NCBI GenBank assembly: GCA_009602735.1
Contig: WELA01001035.1
Location: 173,828-237,827 of the forward strand
Source: Mesotaenium endlicherianum
Lineage: Eukaryota
Direction: 5' to 3'
Length of the DNA: 64,000 nt
Shown: in pieces, positions 1 to 23,884 of the stretch
Position numbering within the stretch: position 1 is the stretch's first letter
Layout of the letters: the number at the start of each line of letters is the position of its first letter
The notes under the pieces: model-generated
What the model saw: only the letters and a program-made list of their open reading frames with translations
Database searches by the model: none
What the model was told of the DNA's origin: nothing
Position numbers and translations under genes: made by a program

Positions 1-3000
1 CCCCCCCCCCCCCCCCCCTTATGCTCCCTCTTGACCCTCCTTGCAGCAGCATGAGTGCCAGCACCTACCTCCTCACGGCAGCCCCCTACTTAGCCTGCCC
101 AAGTGGTAAACACCGCCAGCTCCAACTCCCCTTCCCCTCCCCACTCCTCGTGACCCTCCATCAGCACAGACCCCGGCAGCTGTTCTGGGCAGGACAGACA
201 GGACAGAGTTCCAGTGCTGGCAGCCGAAGTTGCAGGCTACAGCAGGGCAGCGGGGAAGGGAGGGCTCTCACATGCTCGCGCTTGATGGACGTCATGAGGG
301 GCTGGATCAGCGGATTCAGCTTCCCTGGCAGGTCGCCCATCCACGTGACCGCCCCCGCCAGCGCCGCCAGCACTGTCGTGTGCATATTGGCCTGCGCACC
401 CCATACACACACACAATGCGCGCATTAGTGTGTCACCCTCTCTGGCGCATGAACGATCAATTGACAAGCCATGGTGGCCACACGTAAGCGATGACGGGAA
501 GACACATACGTAATCCGCTCTACTAGCCTCGACCTGCACGTTACCTGAAGGAGGCTCTCTCTCAGCTCATCTCGTTCTCTCTCTTTTTGTCAAGCGATGA
601 AGTGTAAACAATCTCTGTCCTGCCCACCACGCATGCAATACTCCTCCTGTGCAGGGGAGTGGCCGTACCTCAATGGTACGCAGATAGCCAGCAGTGAGCA
701 GCAGGCGCTGCCGGCACGACTCCATCCCCTCCATCGCCGGTGACAATGCCCCGCCTGCTCCTGCTCCTGCTCCAGCTGGCTGCAGGCGCATGGCTAAATT
801 CAGAACGGCATCCACCCCCATGCCCTCTACAGGTGGCGCGCCGGCAGCAGCTGGGTCCACGCCAGCAGCCTGTGCATGCTTCAGGAGTGCCGCGGCCTCA
901 GAGCGCAGCTTTGCATGCGTGCGCTCCATCTCCAGGTACGGCGTGGGGGCGCCAGGTGTCGGCCTCGACGGGTCTGTGGCCGAGAGGAGGTGCAGGAGGT
1001 ACGCGCGCAGAGGCGCGGCCGCCGCCAACGAGGCATCTCTGCGCTGCACGGCTGCTGACACGTCGGCGCCGTTGCCGCTGCTGCTGCTCCTCCTCAGGGC
1101 ACGGCACCACGCGGTGATCACCATCCCTGCCACCTGGCACTCGTCTACAATCCCGTCAGTCTCGAAGTAGCAGTGCTCGATTGGCATTCGGATTGAGGGT
1201 ACTCAAGGAGGGACCAGTCAATCTTTCGGTCAAATCACAGCAAGCAACGACTGGATTGTCTTCCAAACATGGTCAAGTGGTCAATTAGGTGAGGAGCTGG
1301 TGCAGCCAGACTGCAAGCAAGGGGAAGAGGGGAGCCAAGTACAAACCATCATCTTGCTTCACCCCCCTTCCCTCATGTCTCTGTGTGCTGAATCCGTGCC
1401 CTTCTTCCTCCATTGCAAGAGAGCACTGTCAGGTCCATACAAGAAAAAGAATTGCAATCTTCACCAGTTACAAGTACGAGCAAGTACCTGGCGGTGGATG
1501 GCGACATCGGAGGTGAGGAGCTCCTGCAGGGGCGCCACAACCGCGCTCAACTGCTCCGGTTGCCAGTGAGCCGCCAGCTGTCCTAGCGCCTCCGCCACAA
1601 CGACGCGCATAGCCACAGCAGAGCTCTCGCCGTCTGCTCCCACCACATGCTTGGGAACCGTCCCTCCAAGCGCAGCCTCAGCGCCACTAGTGCCGCCGTG
1701 ACAGCCGTTGGAAGCAGAGCCGTTGCTGCCGCCTCGGCCGCCCTTGCCCTTGGAACAGCTGGCAGGTGCCGAATAGGGAGCGTACATGAGCTGCCTATCG
1801 AGCTCCTTCCCTGACGGAGCCGCAGCCAGCTGGACCCACGCGGCGACATGTGGACGTGCGGCTGCGACCAGGCCGGCCTCGCCACTCTGCGTGCATCACC
1901 GCCGCTCACCCCCCCAGACGTGTATTCAGAAACTCACGTGTCTCAGCCTGTGCCCTGAGGAAGAAGACCTGCCTACTGGCTAACTCCTCCTTGCCCCTGT
2001 CCACTTCGAGCCCAGCATTGCTTGCACGAGCCCCACGTCCATTACCAACATTAACCGAGAAAGTTTTAAGAACCAGGAGGTTCAACAGAGAGCTGTAATA
2101 AAGGAGGTTGTTATGGGGGGGAGGGGGGGGGTGAACTAAGGAACAAAGAGAGGGCGCACCTGCAGGAGCAAGTGCCACACGCGCTTGGAGCAGCTGAGGA
2201 TGGTGGCGTCCGACTCCAGCAGCAGGTTCTGGAACACCAGGCGCAGCGCCGGCGCCAGGATGGGCCTCACCCACGCCGCCCCCCCCCCCTTGCCTCCCGC
2301 GTCCAGCAGCCGCTCCTGCTCTCACCCCATCCCTCGCGTCCCCTCCCCTCCCTTGTCAAAAGCTTCGCTCATGCCCTCCTACATGCTCCCGCATTGCCAA
2401 CGCTGTCCTCTCAAGACATGCAACATGTCCCATTGCAACCACAGCGGAATAGAGCATGCTGAATGATGAGGCCCAGGAGCAGCAACCCAGTCCGTGCAAG
2501 GGCGCATACGAGTGTGCGGATGGCCGCATGTCGGACAGCTGTCACGTTGTGGCGCAAGAAGGGCCACAGGCGAGGAGCCAGCTCAGCAAGAGGCGGAAGC
2601 TGGGCGTCCTCGTCAGCTGGGCCCAGATCATCGTCAGCGTTGAGATCCAGGTCGACGGGCTGGTGGGAGGACGCCGCCAGGGCCGATGCCAGCCCCGGCT
2701 GCAGGTAGATCTCCGCCAGCAGGTTCATCACACTGCTCCCACCCCCCCCCCCCNNNNNNNNNNNNNNNNNNNNNNNNNNNNNNCCCCCCCCCCCCACGTG
2801 TCAACAACTGGCTCTCCATCAGAAGGACGCACCCGCGATGTGCACCTGGCTGAGACCCGTCACCTAGCCCACCCCGTGTATCTTGTTTTGCCGTACATTG
2901 CAGGCTTGTACATAAATGGGGCAGCAGAAGGGACAAAGGGGGGGCAGGGGAAGAGAAAGGGAGGGGGAACTCAACCTGCCAGTGGAAGGGCTGAGGTCGT

Positions 3001-6000
3001 CCAGATCCAGCATGATGTCCCATAGCGACGCCAGCACGGGCGCCACGTGCGCGCTGGCCTTGCCCACCAGCACTGACGCCGCGGGGGCGAGCGCATCGGC
3101 CGCCACTGCTCTGACGTCGTCGTCTGCGTCGCACAAGCCTGCCATGCACGCGGGCAGCAGCCTGGGCAGCATCTCCTCCACCATGTCCTGCTTGCCCCCC
3201 CATTCGTTGTGCGTTGGAGTGAGCTTGCATTTCTTACAGGCGCCGGCAGATGGACCTGCCTCAATACCTGGCTGATGGCCTCTGCATGGGCCATTGCAGC
3301 TACTGAGAGCAGGCATGCCCACACAGTGCTGGTCATTAAGAAAAGGCATTCATCATATTGCAGACGCACAAGGAAGGACGCACCCGAGGCAAAGTGTGAC
3401 TACCCCAAAGGTGCTCCCACCTGCCGGAACTTCCAAGCAGGCAGGCGCAGCCACTGGATGCACACAAGGCAGGGGCACACACATGTGCACACGCACAGGC
3501 TGCGCACAGAAGCACAGCTGGTTGTCTGGCACAGCCATAGGATATTGCTGACGCATTGTGGCACAGTGCAACAATGCTCTCTCTCTCAATTTTATCTTTC
3601 CAACCGTGAGCCTCTCGTGGCACCAGGAGGCTGACACTTGGCCAGCAAGTGCCTTGCACTCCATGCTTGCCTTCAATGCCCATGCAGGGGGGCGTGGGGG
3701 GGACAAGATGAGGGATAAGGCGTGCTGGGGCGAGCTGTGAGGCTGAGGCGGACCTGGCGGACAGCTGTCAGGTACTTGATGCCTAGCAGGCTGCCGTGCC
3801 GCACCTCCCACTCAGGCCTTCCCTGAGGCCACAGCAGGCAGTGAGTCAAGCGCTGCAACACGGCTGGCATGCCTAAAGCACTGCCTCCTGCCCAAGATCC
3901 GCAAACCCTGGCTCTGCACGCATGCCTTCGGCCTCAAAGCAGAAAGTAACCCAGTCCCTCTGGACTGGGGGCAGAGGCCAGTGGAGGCACCTGCATCTGG
4001 AGGAGCACGGAGAGCGTCTCGTGCAGCAGGGGGCGCGGCATGTGCTTGGCCACGGCGCCCAGCGCCTGCGCGCTCGTCTCGCGCACCGGCGCCACCACCT
4101 GGTCCGACACAAAGTCGCCAAACCTGCTTGCACGCATGCAGCCCCCCCAGTGCTTGCTTACCCATCCGCAACAGGGCAGGATGTACATCCTTCCTTGCTG
4201 TGCAGGATGCCCATCAGTCTAGAGCTCTCTTCTTTCACAGGGCCAGCAGGGCTCGTCCTCCTCCGGCTCCTCCGGGCAGCACCCAGCCAGGTTCGTGTGA
4301 AGTGAAGAACCTCAGGCGCCCCAAGTGTCTCATCGAGCAGCTTCCATATCTACCAGCAGTCAGATGACACCTAAGCACGAGCCTGGCAGAAAGCCCAGCC
4401 TCCATTGCATCTGCATCTGTATCTGCGTGCAGGTGACTGGTGACAGGTGACATGAAGAGGGAGAGCGAGAGAGAGAGAGAGAGAGCGCAGACCTGTCGAG
4501 CGCAAAGACGCAGAGCAGGCGCACGGTGCAGTCCTCCAGGAGCTGGCGGTTGGCAGCCTCAGCTCGCCTGCTGGCCTGCACCACCTCCCACTCCGGGCTC
4601 CCCTCCTTCACCTCGCTCTGCTCCCTCTGCTTCTCCTCGGCCGTAGCTGCTTCAACGACTTCATGCTTATCAGCAGCAGCAGCCAGAGTCTCATCCTTCA
4701 CGTGCCTGACGACGATGCTGCTGCTGTCAGTCTCTGGCAAGCCACCGGCAGCGCCTGCACCAGGCTCAGGCTTCACTACGGTGCTTGCTTCCGCAGCGAC
4801 ACCTGGCTTCGTCTCAGTCGTCGATGCCCCCGCAGCTTCCCCCTTCACCGGGCCAGCAAGAGGAGCTACCTTCTTAGCCTCCTCCTCTGCAGTGTCTGAA
4901 GAGGACCCCTGAGCACCCTTCACATCCACCTCAGATTTGATTGCTGCTACTGCACCTGTGTCCTGCAGCTCAGGCTTGGCAGTGACAGGAGCGGGGGGAG
5001 GAGAGGAGATGGCGACGGAGGGGGGGCACGTCACGCCGGCGGAGGCCGCATGGGACGCCAGAATGTCCCGCAGGGCCATGATGCTGCCGTGCCTCACCTC
5101 CCACACTGCTCACCCCCGCTCCCCCCCCCCCCNNNNNNNNNNNNNNNNNNNNNNNNNNNNNNNNNNNNNNNNNNNNNNNNNNNNNNNNNNNNNNNNNNNN
5201 NNNNNNNNNNNNNNNNNNNNNNNNNNNNNNNNNNNNNNNNNNNNNNNNNNNNNNNNNNNNNNNNNNNNNNNNNNNNNNNNNNNNNNNNNNNNNNNNNNNN
5301 NNNNNNNNNNNNNNNNNNNNNNNNNNNNNNNNNNNNNNNNNNNNNNNNNNNNNNNNNNNNNNNNNNNNNNNNNNNNNNNNNNNNNNNNNNNNNNNNNNNN
5401 NNNNNNNNNNNNNNNNNNNNNNNNNNNNNNNNNNNNNNNNNNNNNNNNNNNNNNNNNNNNNNNNNNNNNNNNNNNNNNNNNNNNNNNNNNNNNNNNNNNN
5501 NNNNNNNNNNNNNNNNNNNNNNNNNNNNNNNNNNNNNNNNNNNNNNNNNNNNNNNNNNNNNNNNNNNNNNNNNNNNNNNNNNNNNNNNNNNNNNNNNNNN
5601 NNNNNNNNNNNNNNNNNNNNNNNNNNNNNNNNNNNNNNNNNNNNNNNNNNNNNNNNNNNNNNNNNNNNNNNNNNNNNNNNNNNNNNNNNNNNNNNNNNNN
5701 NNNNNNCCCCCCCCCCCCCCCCCCCCCGCGTACACCCCATCCACTGCAGCGCTTGAGCTTGGGATGCAGCTTGGGATGCCGGGGTCTAGAAACAGTCTAG
5801 AAACAGGGTGCACATCCCCAGATCTTCTCTACATGCCGCAGTCTGTCTCCAATTCAGCCCCCGGGCACCTTAAACCATGAACCCTGAGGGCCAGCAGAGG
5901 GTTTAGGGTTTAGCGCAGGCGGGGAGGGCAGGGGCGTGCGGGGAGCGCACCGGCATCGAACATGTCCACAATGAGATGCTCGCAGAGAAGAGCAAACGGC

Positions 6001-8703
6001 CAAGACCCGTCCTCCTCTTCCTCCTCCTCCTCCACCACTTCGCTGGCCTCCTTGCCGCCCCCACCCTTGCCAGCCTTCTGTCACGAATTACGGACATCAG
6101 GGGCATTTTGCACCAGCCCACTCGGGTCAGAGCAGCAGCAGCAGAACCTTTGCTGAGCGCACACATCTTCTTCAAACAGCCACATTTTGGGCAGCTCATC
6201 CTGCCCCCCCTGGATGAAAGGTCCGTGGTCTTCTCCCAGACATCCCTCTACAGCCTTAGAAACCCCCCTTCGTTTACGGCAGGTTTGCTAGCATGAAGTT
6301 CGAGACAGGCTCAAGCAAGAACAACGAACGGAGGACCTGTTGGCCCCTCCTCGCGGCTCAGCCCCGACACGCAGAGCCTCAGCAGCAGCTCACAAAAGCC
6401 AGGCGCACTCTTTCAGAAAAGATGGAGATGGGAGACCTGCAGCGATGACGAGGGGCCGTCATGGGCGCCCCCAGACGAGGCTGCCAGGTGCCCCCGTCCC
6501 TTAGACTTCTTTGGCGGAGGCTCTTCGCCAGTCCCCCCTCTGGACTGCTTGGAGAGGGAGCGGGACTTGCGCTTCAGTAAGTTCGCCTCCCGGGCACTCA
6601 GGCTGCGGCCCAGAGGAGGAGCCATGTGAGCCACAAGATCCTGCACCCCCTGCTTCATCTGGGCCTTCCCTGGACCGCCTGCCTTTGCCCCCCCGGCCGC
6701 ACCCTTGTCCCGGGCTCCCAGAAGGTCCTCATCCCCGATGATATCATTCATGTCCAGAAACTGCTCGCAACCGTCCAAGCCTGTCCCAGTCCCCTCCCTC
6801 CCACAGAGTGAGAGACTCGCCACTGGCCAATTGGGATGTCTCTGTCCCTGCTTTGACGTGACCGGCTCTGACAGGCAGGCGGCAGCAGAGACTTGTCTAT
6901 GCAAATACAAGATCGCTCACATGTTCCCCTCTTGTCAAGCATGCGTAGTCTATCTCACGGCCCACTCGAGTGGTGGCACCGTCCACCACCACTACGTGCA
7001 ATCAAACGGAGGACAAGCAAAAGGTTTGGAGGGAGGCTGCATGGGCAAATATTAGTAGTCATGGCCAGGGCAGGTGGTTCAGAGGCTTGGCTGCCCTGCA
7101 CAGTGCCCAGCGGAAGACCCTCTCTGCAAGCACTTTAACTCGAATCTTGAGCTTGAACATGCTGCTCGAGGTAGGCAGGCGATGGGGAGGGGAGAGCGAG
7201 CTGCACACCCAGTCGGCGCTGCAGGTTGTGCTTCTGACGCGCTGCTCTCTCCCTGGGGTTGTTCCCGCTGTCCACGGCAATGTCATACTCCTGCCCCAAC
7301 CAGGACGCTCAAGCCCCATCCCTTGCTTCAAGGCGCCCGCCAGAGCCTAAGGTAGCGGAACCCCCCTATCCCTCGTCTCGAGTGGGAGAATTTGCAGCTG
7401 CTTACGGTCCCTGCTGTGTGATCGTAAAGCATGCCTCACACCATTTCAATGGGTGCACCTTCTCCTCCCAAACCCCGCCCTTCGCAAGCGATGCATATTC
7501 AGGGCCAGGGACTTTGCCATTCTACAAAGGAAACAATCCCCTGTCGTACTTGGACTTGGGTCTCCTGGCCCCACTCGTTTCGGTCTCTTAAAGAATGCGT
7601 AATGGCTGCCAGGAGTCGACCTAGCCTCGGTGCCAGGTGGAATGCTAAGGCTGGTCAAAGGGAAGCCGTGCCACATACCTGCCCTCCAGATGCAACAAGT
7701 GGCGCTCCACTCTCTAGAACCTTCAGTATGTCCAACCTGCGAGCCCCTCCTCCCCCTCCTTCTACATCAGAACAGCAAGGCGGCATCACCAACCACTTCC
7801 GCAGGGGTTCTCACTGGGAGAACTGGGTGACAGAAATAACAGCACCGAGGCCAACACCCCCCATATTGCACCCGCTAGAGCCCCAACAAGACCGTTATTG
7901 AGTCTGGAACGTGGAAGCTAAGAGGGTGGGGTGCCGTAGATACCCATTGAACGCTAGCAGCTGATGAGTGGGCTCCTTGGTCTGAGCAGCGGCGACAGAG
8001 AGGTCCGTCACGAGAGCTGACACTCCAGCCTTAGAGAGGGCCCTCTCAGCTGCAGCACGCAGCTGTGCCACTGTGGGGTGAGCCACGCTCTGTGCTATTG
8101 CTCCCAGAGCTTGTGCAGCTGCAACTCGAGTCTCCCAGCTCTTACTTTTCAAGTAGGGGTGCACCTGCTTGCATGGAGAAGGAAAATGAGATCCTTGACG
8201 CCCCTAACGGAAAACGATGCATATTTGCCAACACAATAACATGTTGAGTTTGACAAATGTCAAACTCTGCTATTATGATCCTGGATGCACGAATTTATTC
8301 ACAGGCATCAAATAGGTGGCAGTGGTTACGTATGATCTGCGCAACAGCGCCAACGCGCCGACCTTACCTTTTTCAGCAGAGGTTGCAACTGGCTTTGGTG
8401 CTGGCCCGCAATATCACCAATTTGCTGTGCTGCAGCTTTCCTTGTCGCAGCAGTTGAGCCAGCTGATTTGTTGTTAAGGTAACAGAATTTGTACAACTGA
8501 GAAGGACACGAAAGTCAAGAAGATATCATCCTTGAAACATTTGTAAACAACGCGGAGCATCAATATCTCCGAATAGAGTACTCTATGCATTAAAAACGAA
8601 GGGGACACCACTTGCAGTAATCAGGAAGGATACTGTCCAGCAAAGTCAAAAGTCGATCAAGACGCGTGCTGCCAGGTCCTAAAGCGCCACCTGCGGCAGC
8701 CAT
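1..8703 (-). CDS. BTAF1: TATA-binding protein-associated factor BTAF1/MOT1 (N-terminal HEAT region only; multi-exon; 3' part lies beyond the window start)
   Basis: Spliced translation from ATG 8703: MAAAGGALGPGSTRLDRLLTLLD|TGSTAATRKAAAQQIGDIA..., VHPYLKSKSWETRVAAAQALGAIA, WEVRHGSIMALRDIL, LLCVFALDR|FGDFVSDQVVAPVRETSAQALG, WEVRHGSLLGIKYL, DADDDVRAVAADAL, LDDLSPST|SVMNLLA, LAPRLWPFLRH, LPGKLNPLIQPLMTSIKRE. These are characteristic MOT1/BTAF1 motifs. Confidence 0.96.
8463..8633 (-). other. U12-type (minor spliceosome) GT-AG intron, first coding intron of BTAF1
   Basis: Donor GTATCCTT (8633-8626). Branch sequence TTACCTTAAC (8482-8473) ends 8 nt before the terminal AG. Splicing restores the frame LLD|TGS. 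Confidence 0.9.
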
Positions 8704-9573
8704 ACTGATTGTAGCTTATTATAAAACACTTTACGCTCCTCTCTGATGGCTTCGTAAGACCACAATCATCTTGTTTAGCTGCAGACGTTTTTTGGACACG
8801 AACAACGAAAGAAGCACTCGATGCGACGATACTGAGCACCGCCACACAAGTGCATCATATTAGTAACACCAAAGAGCAAAGAAACAAGTATCTTCTGCTA
8901 TGCAACGACTTCTAAAAGCTACAATAAAGTTCAAATATGTTCCTCGACTGAGGAGTTGCAGGGCGTCGCTGTCCATGCGAAAACATTCAAATTTCAACCA
9001 AATTTTCAGCTATATGCGAGGCAACAAACTTTGACGTGCATGGTACACCTTCACTACAAGCAATTAAAAATGTAATTCCGCCCGTATGGATATACAGCGG
9101 ACTTTTCGATATACGGTGTACACGAGGGACTTTCGCAACTTCGCACCTTCCTGAGGCCGACCCAAGAAGTCCCACGGTGCTTTGTTGAATGGTGGTTAGC
9201 AGTGGTTAGTATTAATCTGTAAGGTATTTTGCAAAACATTGATATCACCTTCTCTCTTCATGAAGCATGAACCCTGCAAGAACAGAACATTTCTACGCAA
9301 ATAACATCTAGAACCTCTAGCCTCTTCATTGTCTGGACTGATCATGACCCCGACAATTTTCATGTTTGTGTTCGACGTCATCATCAGTGTTGTGTAATGA
9401 GAGTGATCAGTGGTTGCGAGTACGTAAGGTGAACGTTTCTCGGTCTGAAGAGATTCGGGCAATGAGCTACCCATATTGGTTAAACTTCTGGGATTGTTGT
9501 CCAGGAGAGCTATAATCCTGTAAGTAGGACCCAAGAGGGCTTTCTGGTGGAGTAACAAGTTGGTGAAGTTCCA
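8704..9573. promoter_or_regulatory. Divergent (head-to-head) intergenic region between BTAF1 and NIPA
   Basis: Start codons at 8703 (-) and 9574 (+) are about 870 bp apart, with AT-richer non-coding sequence between them. Confidence 0.55.
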
Positions 9574-12500
9574 ATGGACGACAATCATAAGGGCTTGATA
9601 TTGGCTTTAAGCTCAAGCGCTTTCATTGGTGCCAGTTTCATTGTTAAAAAGAAGGGCCTACGAAAGGCGGGCTCAACTGGGGTCAGAGCTGGTATGCGTC
9701 ATCACTTTTATTGCTGCCGTTAGATTGTTCATATGCTTGAGGTGAAACCTCTTTCAAATGGGTCCTAATATGCAGTGTCAAACCTTACAGGCCTTGGTGG
9801 CTACTCTTATCTCTCTGAGCCGCTATGGTGGGCCGGCATGATAGCGAGTAAGTTTGTACCCTACTTTGTATCATATGCGGCTTTGCTTCGTTAGACGCTC
9901 TCCTTCTTCCTTCTAGCTTGTATGTTGTACCGACGCTTACAGCCGAAGGCCTTTCTGGACATGGGCAGTGATAGTGGGCGAGGCAGCAAATTTTACTGCG
10001 TATGCTTTTGCACCAGCTATTCTGGTGACTCCCTTAGGTGCTCTGAGTATTATTGTAAGGTACGATCATTCAACCTTGACAACTACGCCTCCATGTTTGT
10101 TGTCAACTTTGTACATCTTGGCTAAGAAAGACAGTCCTGTATTTGGCAAGAAGAGTTTGTTTGTCGCACACTAGCTGAATTGCAAGAGGCTAACATCTGG
10201 TTGTGTATTTGCTAGGAGAGCTGATAGTCTTCCTTGGGGGGGCTGGGTGGCATGCGGACAGTGCGGTGTTGGCACACATTATGCTTAATGAGAAGCTCCA
10301 CGTTTTAGGAATGCTGGGCTGTGTGCTGTGCTGCGTGGGTTCCACTATGATTGTTCTGCATGCCCCTGCGGAGCGGCAGATAGAGTCCGTCAAACAAGTG
10401 GCCCAGCTGGCTATGGAGCCCGGTATGTTTTCTACTCGTCTCATCACCGTGGATAAAACTCGCAGCCACCTAGCCTACTCCATCCGCCCCACCTTCTACT
10501 CCAGGATCACCTTTATGTCAGACTGGACTGACAGCTTGATCGTAGGTCCTGCAGTAGAAATGAAGCAGCTCATCATTGGCACTCTCTAAGTTCCTTGGAG
10601 GATTTTTTATTCAACAAGGAAGCTTTTTCATGCAGTCGCTTACCACCGGAAAGTATTTTAAAGTCAAGAACTTCACTTTTTATGTCATGCATGTGCTGGC
10701 TGTGGGATGCGGCTGGGTCATAGGGTGTGCCCCATGCCTAGGTTCCAAGCTGCCTCTGTCTGTGGAGTGTGATGCACATGAGGCCAGAGAAAGCTCGTGT
10801 AGAACACCTTAACTATTCTGGATAGATAAGCCTGTTCCTCAACAGCTTCTGGGGACGGAAATGGGATGGGGCAGCATTTGTACTGTACTCCGTCTCGGTG
10901 GTCGCTGTCGTGGTGCTCCTCATCTTCCACTTTGTGCCTAAATATGGGCACACCCATATCATGGTCTACATCGGCATCTGCTCCCTTATGGGCTCTTTGT
11001 CGGTAAGTTTTGCCCCTTGGCTGTTTTGCACTCTAACAGTCACCTTTGCTCTCTCGTTGGCCCCTAAGTGACATACTTTAGCTGACTCAGTGTGCAAGAT
11101 TTGTTGGCAACCTTAAAAGTTCATACTTGCTCGTTCCTTACTGCCCAATTCGTTCTCCCGATGGTCGTCTGCTCCCGTGGCATGTGGGGTAGACAAACAG
11201 GGCTTGTACTTGTCTTGGCGAAAGGGTTGCTCAATTTTTATGTGTTCTTATTCTGAGGTATATTGGTTCTACGTTGTGAGACTTGACTGTTTGCACTTCT
11301 TCTCCGCTGGGTGGTCCAGTCTGCAAGATTGAGTACTTGTGTACAGATGGGCAGACGTGCTTGGGGTGTTGTTGGAACCTGAAATTGCTGTCTGTGTGTT
11401 GTCAGCATGGAAAGCCCCCTGCACGCGCCCATTACACAGTGCCAGACTTGTTGCTTCCGAATAACAAGCTAGTTATAGCTTTAGTCAATGAATATGCAAG
11501 CCTCCAGTATGCTGACATGGTGGGAGCAACTCGCCTCCAGCAACCAGACTCTCCTAGCTCATGAACTCTCCTTATCTGCTGTATGTCAGGTGATGAGCTG
11601 CAAGGCTCTTGGAATCGCGGTAAAGCTGACTCTTGGTGGTGACAATCAGCTCATGTATCCGGAAACGTCCATCTTTGCCATGGTGGTTGCCACCTGCGTT
11701 CTCACGCAGATCTCCTATCTGAACAAGGTGCTCCCTCTCACACTCTCTTGTGTGCACTCTGCGGTGGGGCCTCCTCTCACCAGTGGCTGGCAAAGAAGCC
11801 ACATTGGGATGTACTCCTCCCGTCAGCTGCCACAGGCGTAATGGGTTCTTTGTCAGACCACAATTGGGTGTGTGAGATTTTCACGTGACTTGTTCGATGT
11901 CACTTATGTGGTTGGGGCCAATGCTTCGTCAATTACAATAATTGCCCTAAGATAGGCTGCAATCTGCCGTGCTAAGCGTGCTATATGTACATAGATGAAG
12001 CATGAAGCTCTGGTTGTCACGTCGTGGGTAAGCAGTCCTGGGTCATACCTTTTTATGACTTATCTTATGTTTTGCTTGCTTGTGATGCCAGTCAACATCT
12101 CTTTTGACTTCATGAAAGATGAATGCTGGTATTTACTAATTTTGTGATGCCTCGCAGGCCCTGGACACCTTCAACACCGCTGTCGTATCTCCTATCTATT
12201 ATGTTATGTTCACATCGCTGACTATATTAGCATCCGTCATTATGTTCAAGGTGACTGTCCTTCCTTTGTCATACGTGCACCTACTTCACAATGCTATTTT
12301 TTTCTGCTCTTCTTTTGGCATGCACTTGGCAAGGTAAACTATGTGTTGTGCACCCTTGGCAAACTTACAGGGCTTGGTGTTGTTGTATGCAGGACTGGGA
12401 TCGACAAACAGGCACTCAGATAGTCTCGGAACTGTGCGGTTTTGTTACTATTCTATCTGGCACTTTCCTCCTACATGCTACCAAGGACCATAGTGATGTC

Positions 12501-12777
12501 TCCCCTGCCATAAGTAAATTCTGAAATCCAAACGCTCTGGCCCAAACGCTCTGGCCCACCTACTTCCTGCTACTGTGAATTTTCAGTTGTTTTGAGCTGT
12601 TTTAGTTCGCATGTTCTAAGCTTCTATGCTTGTGCAGGTGGTTACACAGGGCTGGCAAACCCTCTTGGCGCAAGACCAAGTTTAACGGGGAAGAGACCAG
12701 AGGACGAGCGGTCAGCAGATGAGTTGCCCTTAAGGCGTGATAGTTTCAGCAATTCTCCATCTTTTCGTACACCATGA
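9574..12777 (+). CDS. NIPA: NIPA-family magnesium transporter (9 coding exons)
   Basis: [92 protein letters not shown]..., [23 protein letters not shown]..., [48 protein letters not shown] introns; stop at 12775-12777. Confidence 0.95.
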
Positions 12778-13689
12778 TGAAGCATTTTAGTATAATTCCA
12801 AGTACTTATTGTAAGGCGCCTGTATTGTAGACGTCTAGGCGGCAAATTTATATACTTTTATTCATATGCTTCTCGTTGCCTGACAAGTGTTTAGAACACT
12901 GGCGTTGACACCTGAGAACGTTTTTGAATAACAAATGTATCTTGTCCCACACAAGCCCTTAGTCCTTCACCAATGTAATGTGTGCTGTTCTCCAGTACAC
13001 TCATAAGTAATGATCTTCGTTAAGTGTCGCTTCAGACTACTGGGTTCATAGTATCTTACAAAGGTGAGGCCAACTATGGCAATGACATGCCAAAGTGAAT
13101 GTGAGCACATGGTATTCTTGGTGCTTAGCTTTCAAGACTGAGAGTAGAGGTTGACAACCTGCTATTTGAGCGTCAGATACAGCTGTCCGAAGTAATGAAG
13201 ATATTGAGGAATGTACCCCAGAAAGGAAGGGCTGCCCTCTGTAGCGGTGTGGAGCCAACGTACTGTGGCGTTGTCATTGTGAAGGCACTCTCGTGGAGTA
13301 TTATTGTGTCCCAGTTTGTTCGAATTGTACTCCAATGAGGGAGGACTTTGGTCAATCTTCTTTAGCTCACCACGAATAAACGTTCGTCACGGTACACAAT
13401 GATGGGGGCACTATAGTGCATTTGTAAGAATTCTCGACGTCGGAGGTCATTTGCGAGGAAGTCGGTCGAGACTCTTCGACATTTTGCGAAAGTTGGCGAA
13501 AGTCGTCAGTCGTCGCTTCAGTAGACTTTGGGAAGGTCGGTATCGGGAACTGGGGAGCCGCGGAGGCGCAGCATCCCGCAGCATTCCCTGCGAATACGAA
13601 TATGAGTTGGGCCCATTCCAAGAATCCTTTCTCCATTGCTTGATAGCGCGGACTCTTTGCGGTGCGTGTAGAGGGATAGAGGGCAAATC

Positions 13690-23884
<10,195 letters not shown>

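Noticed and set aside
4937..5880. Long ORFs full of X
   Set aside because: They span an assembly gap inside a BTAF1 intron.
5870..5915. Telomere-like TTTAGGG units with an imperfect inverted copy
   Set aside because: Only about two units in an intron; too short to call an interstitial telomere.
12528..12557. 14-bp tandem duplication CCAAACGCTCTGGC
   Set aside because: Ordinary slippage duplication in a NIPA intron.
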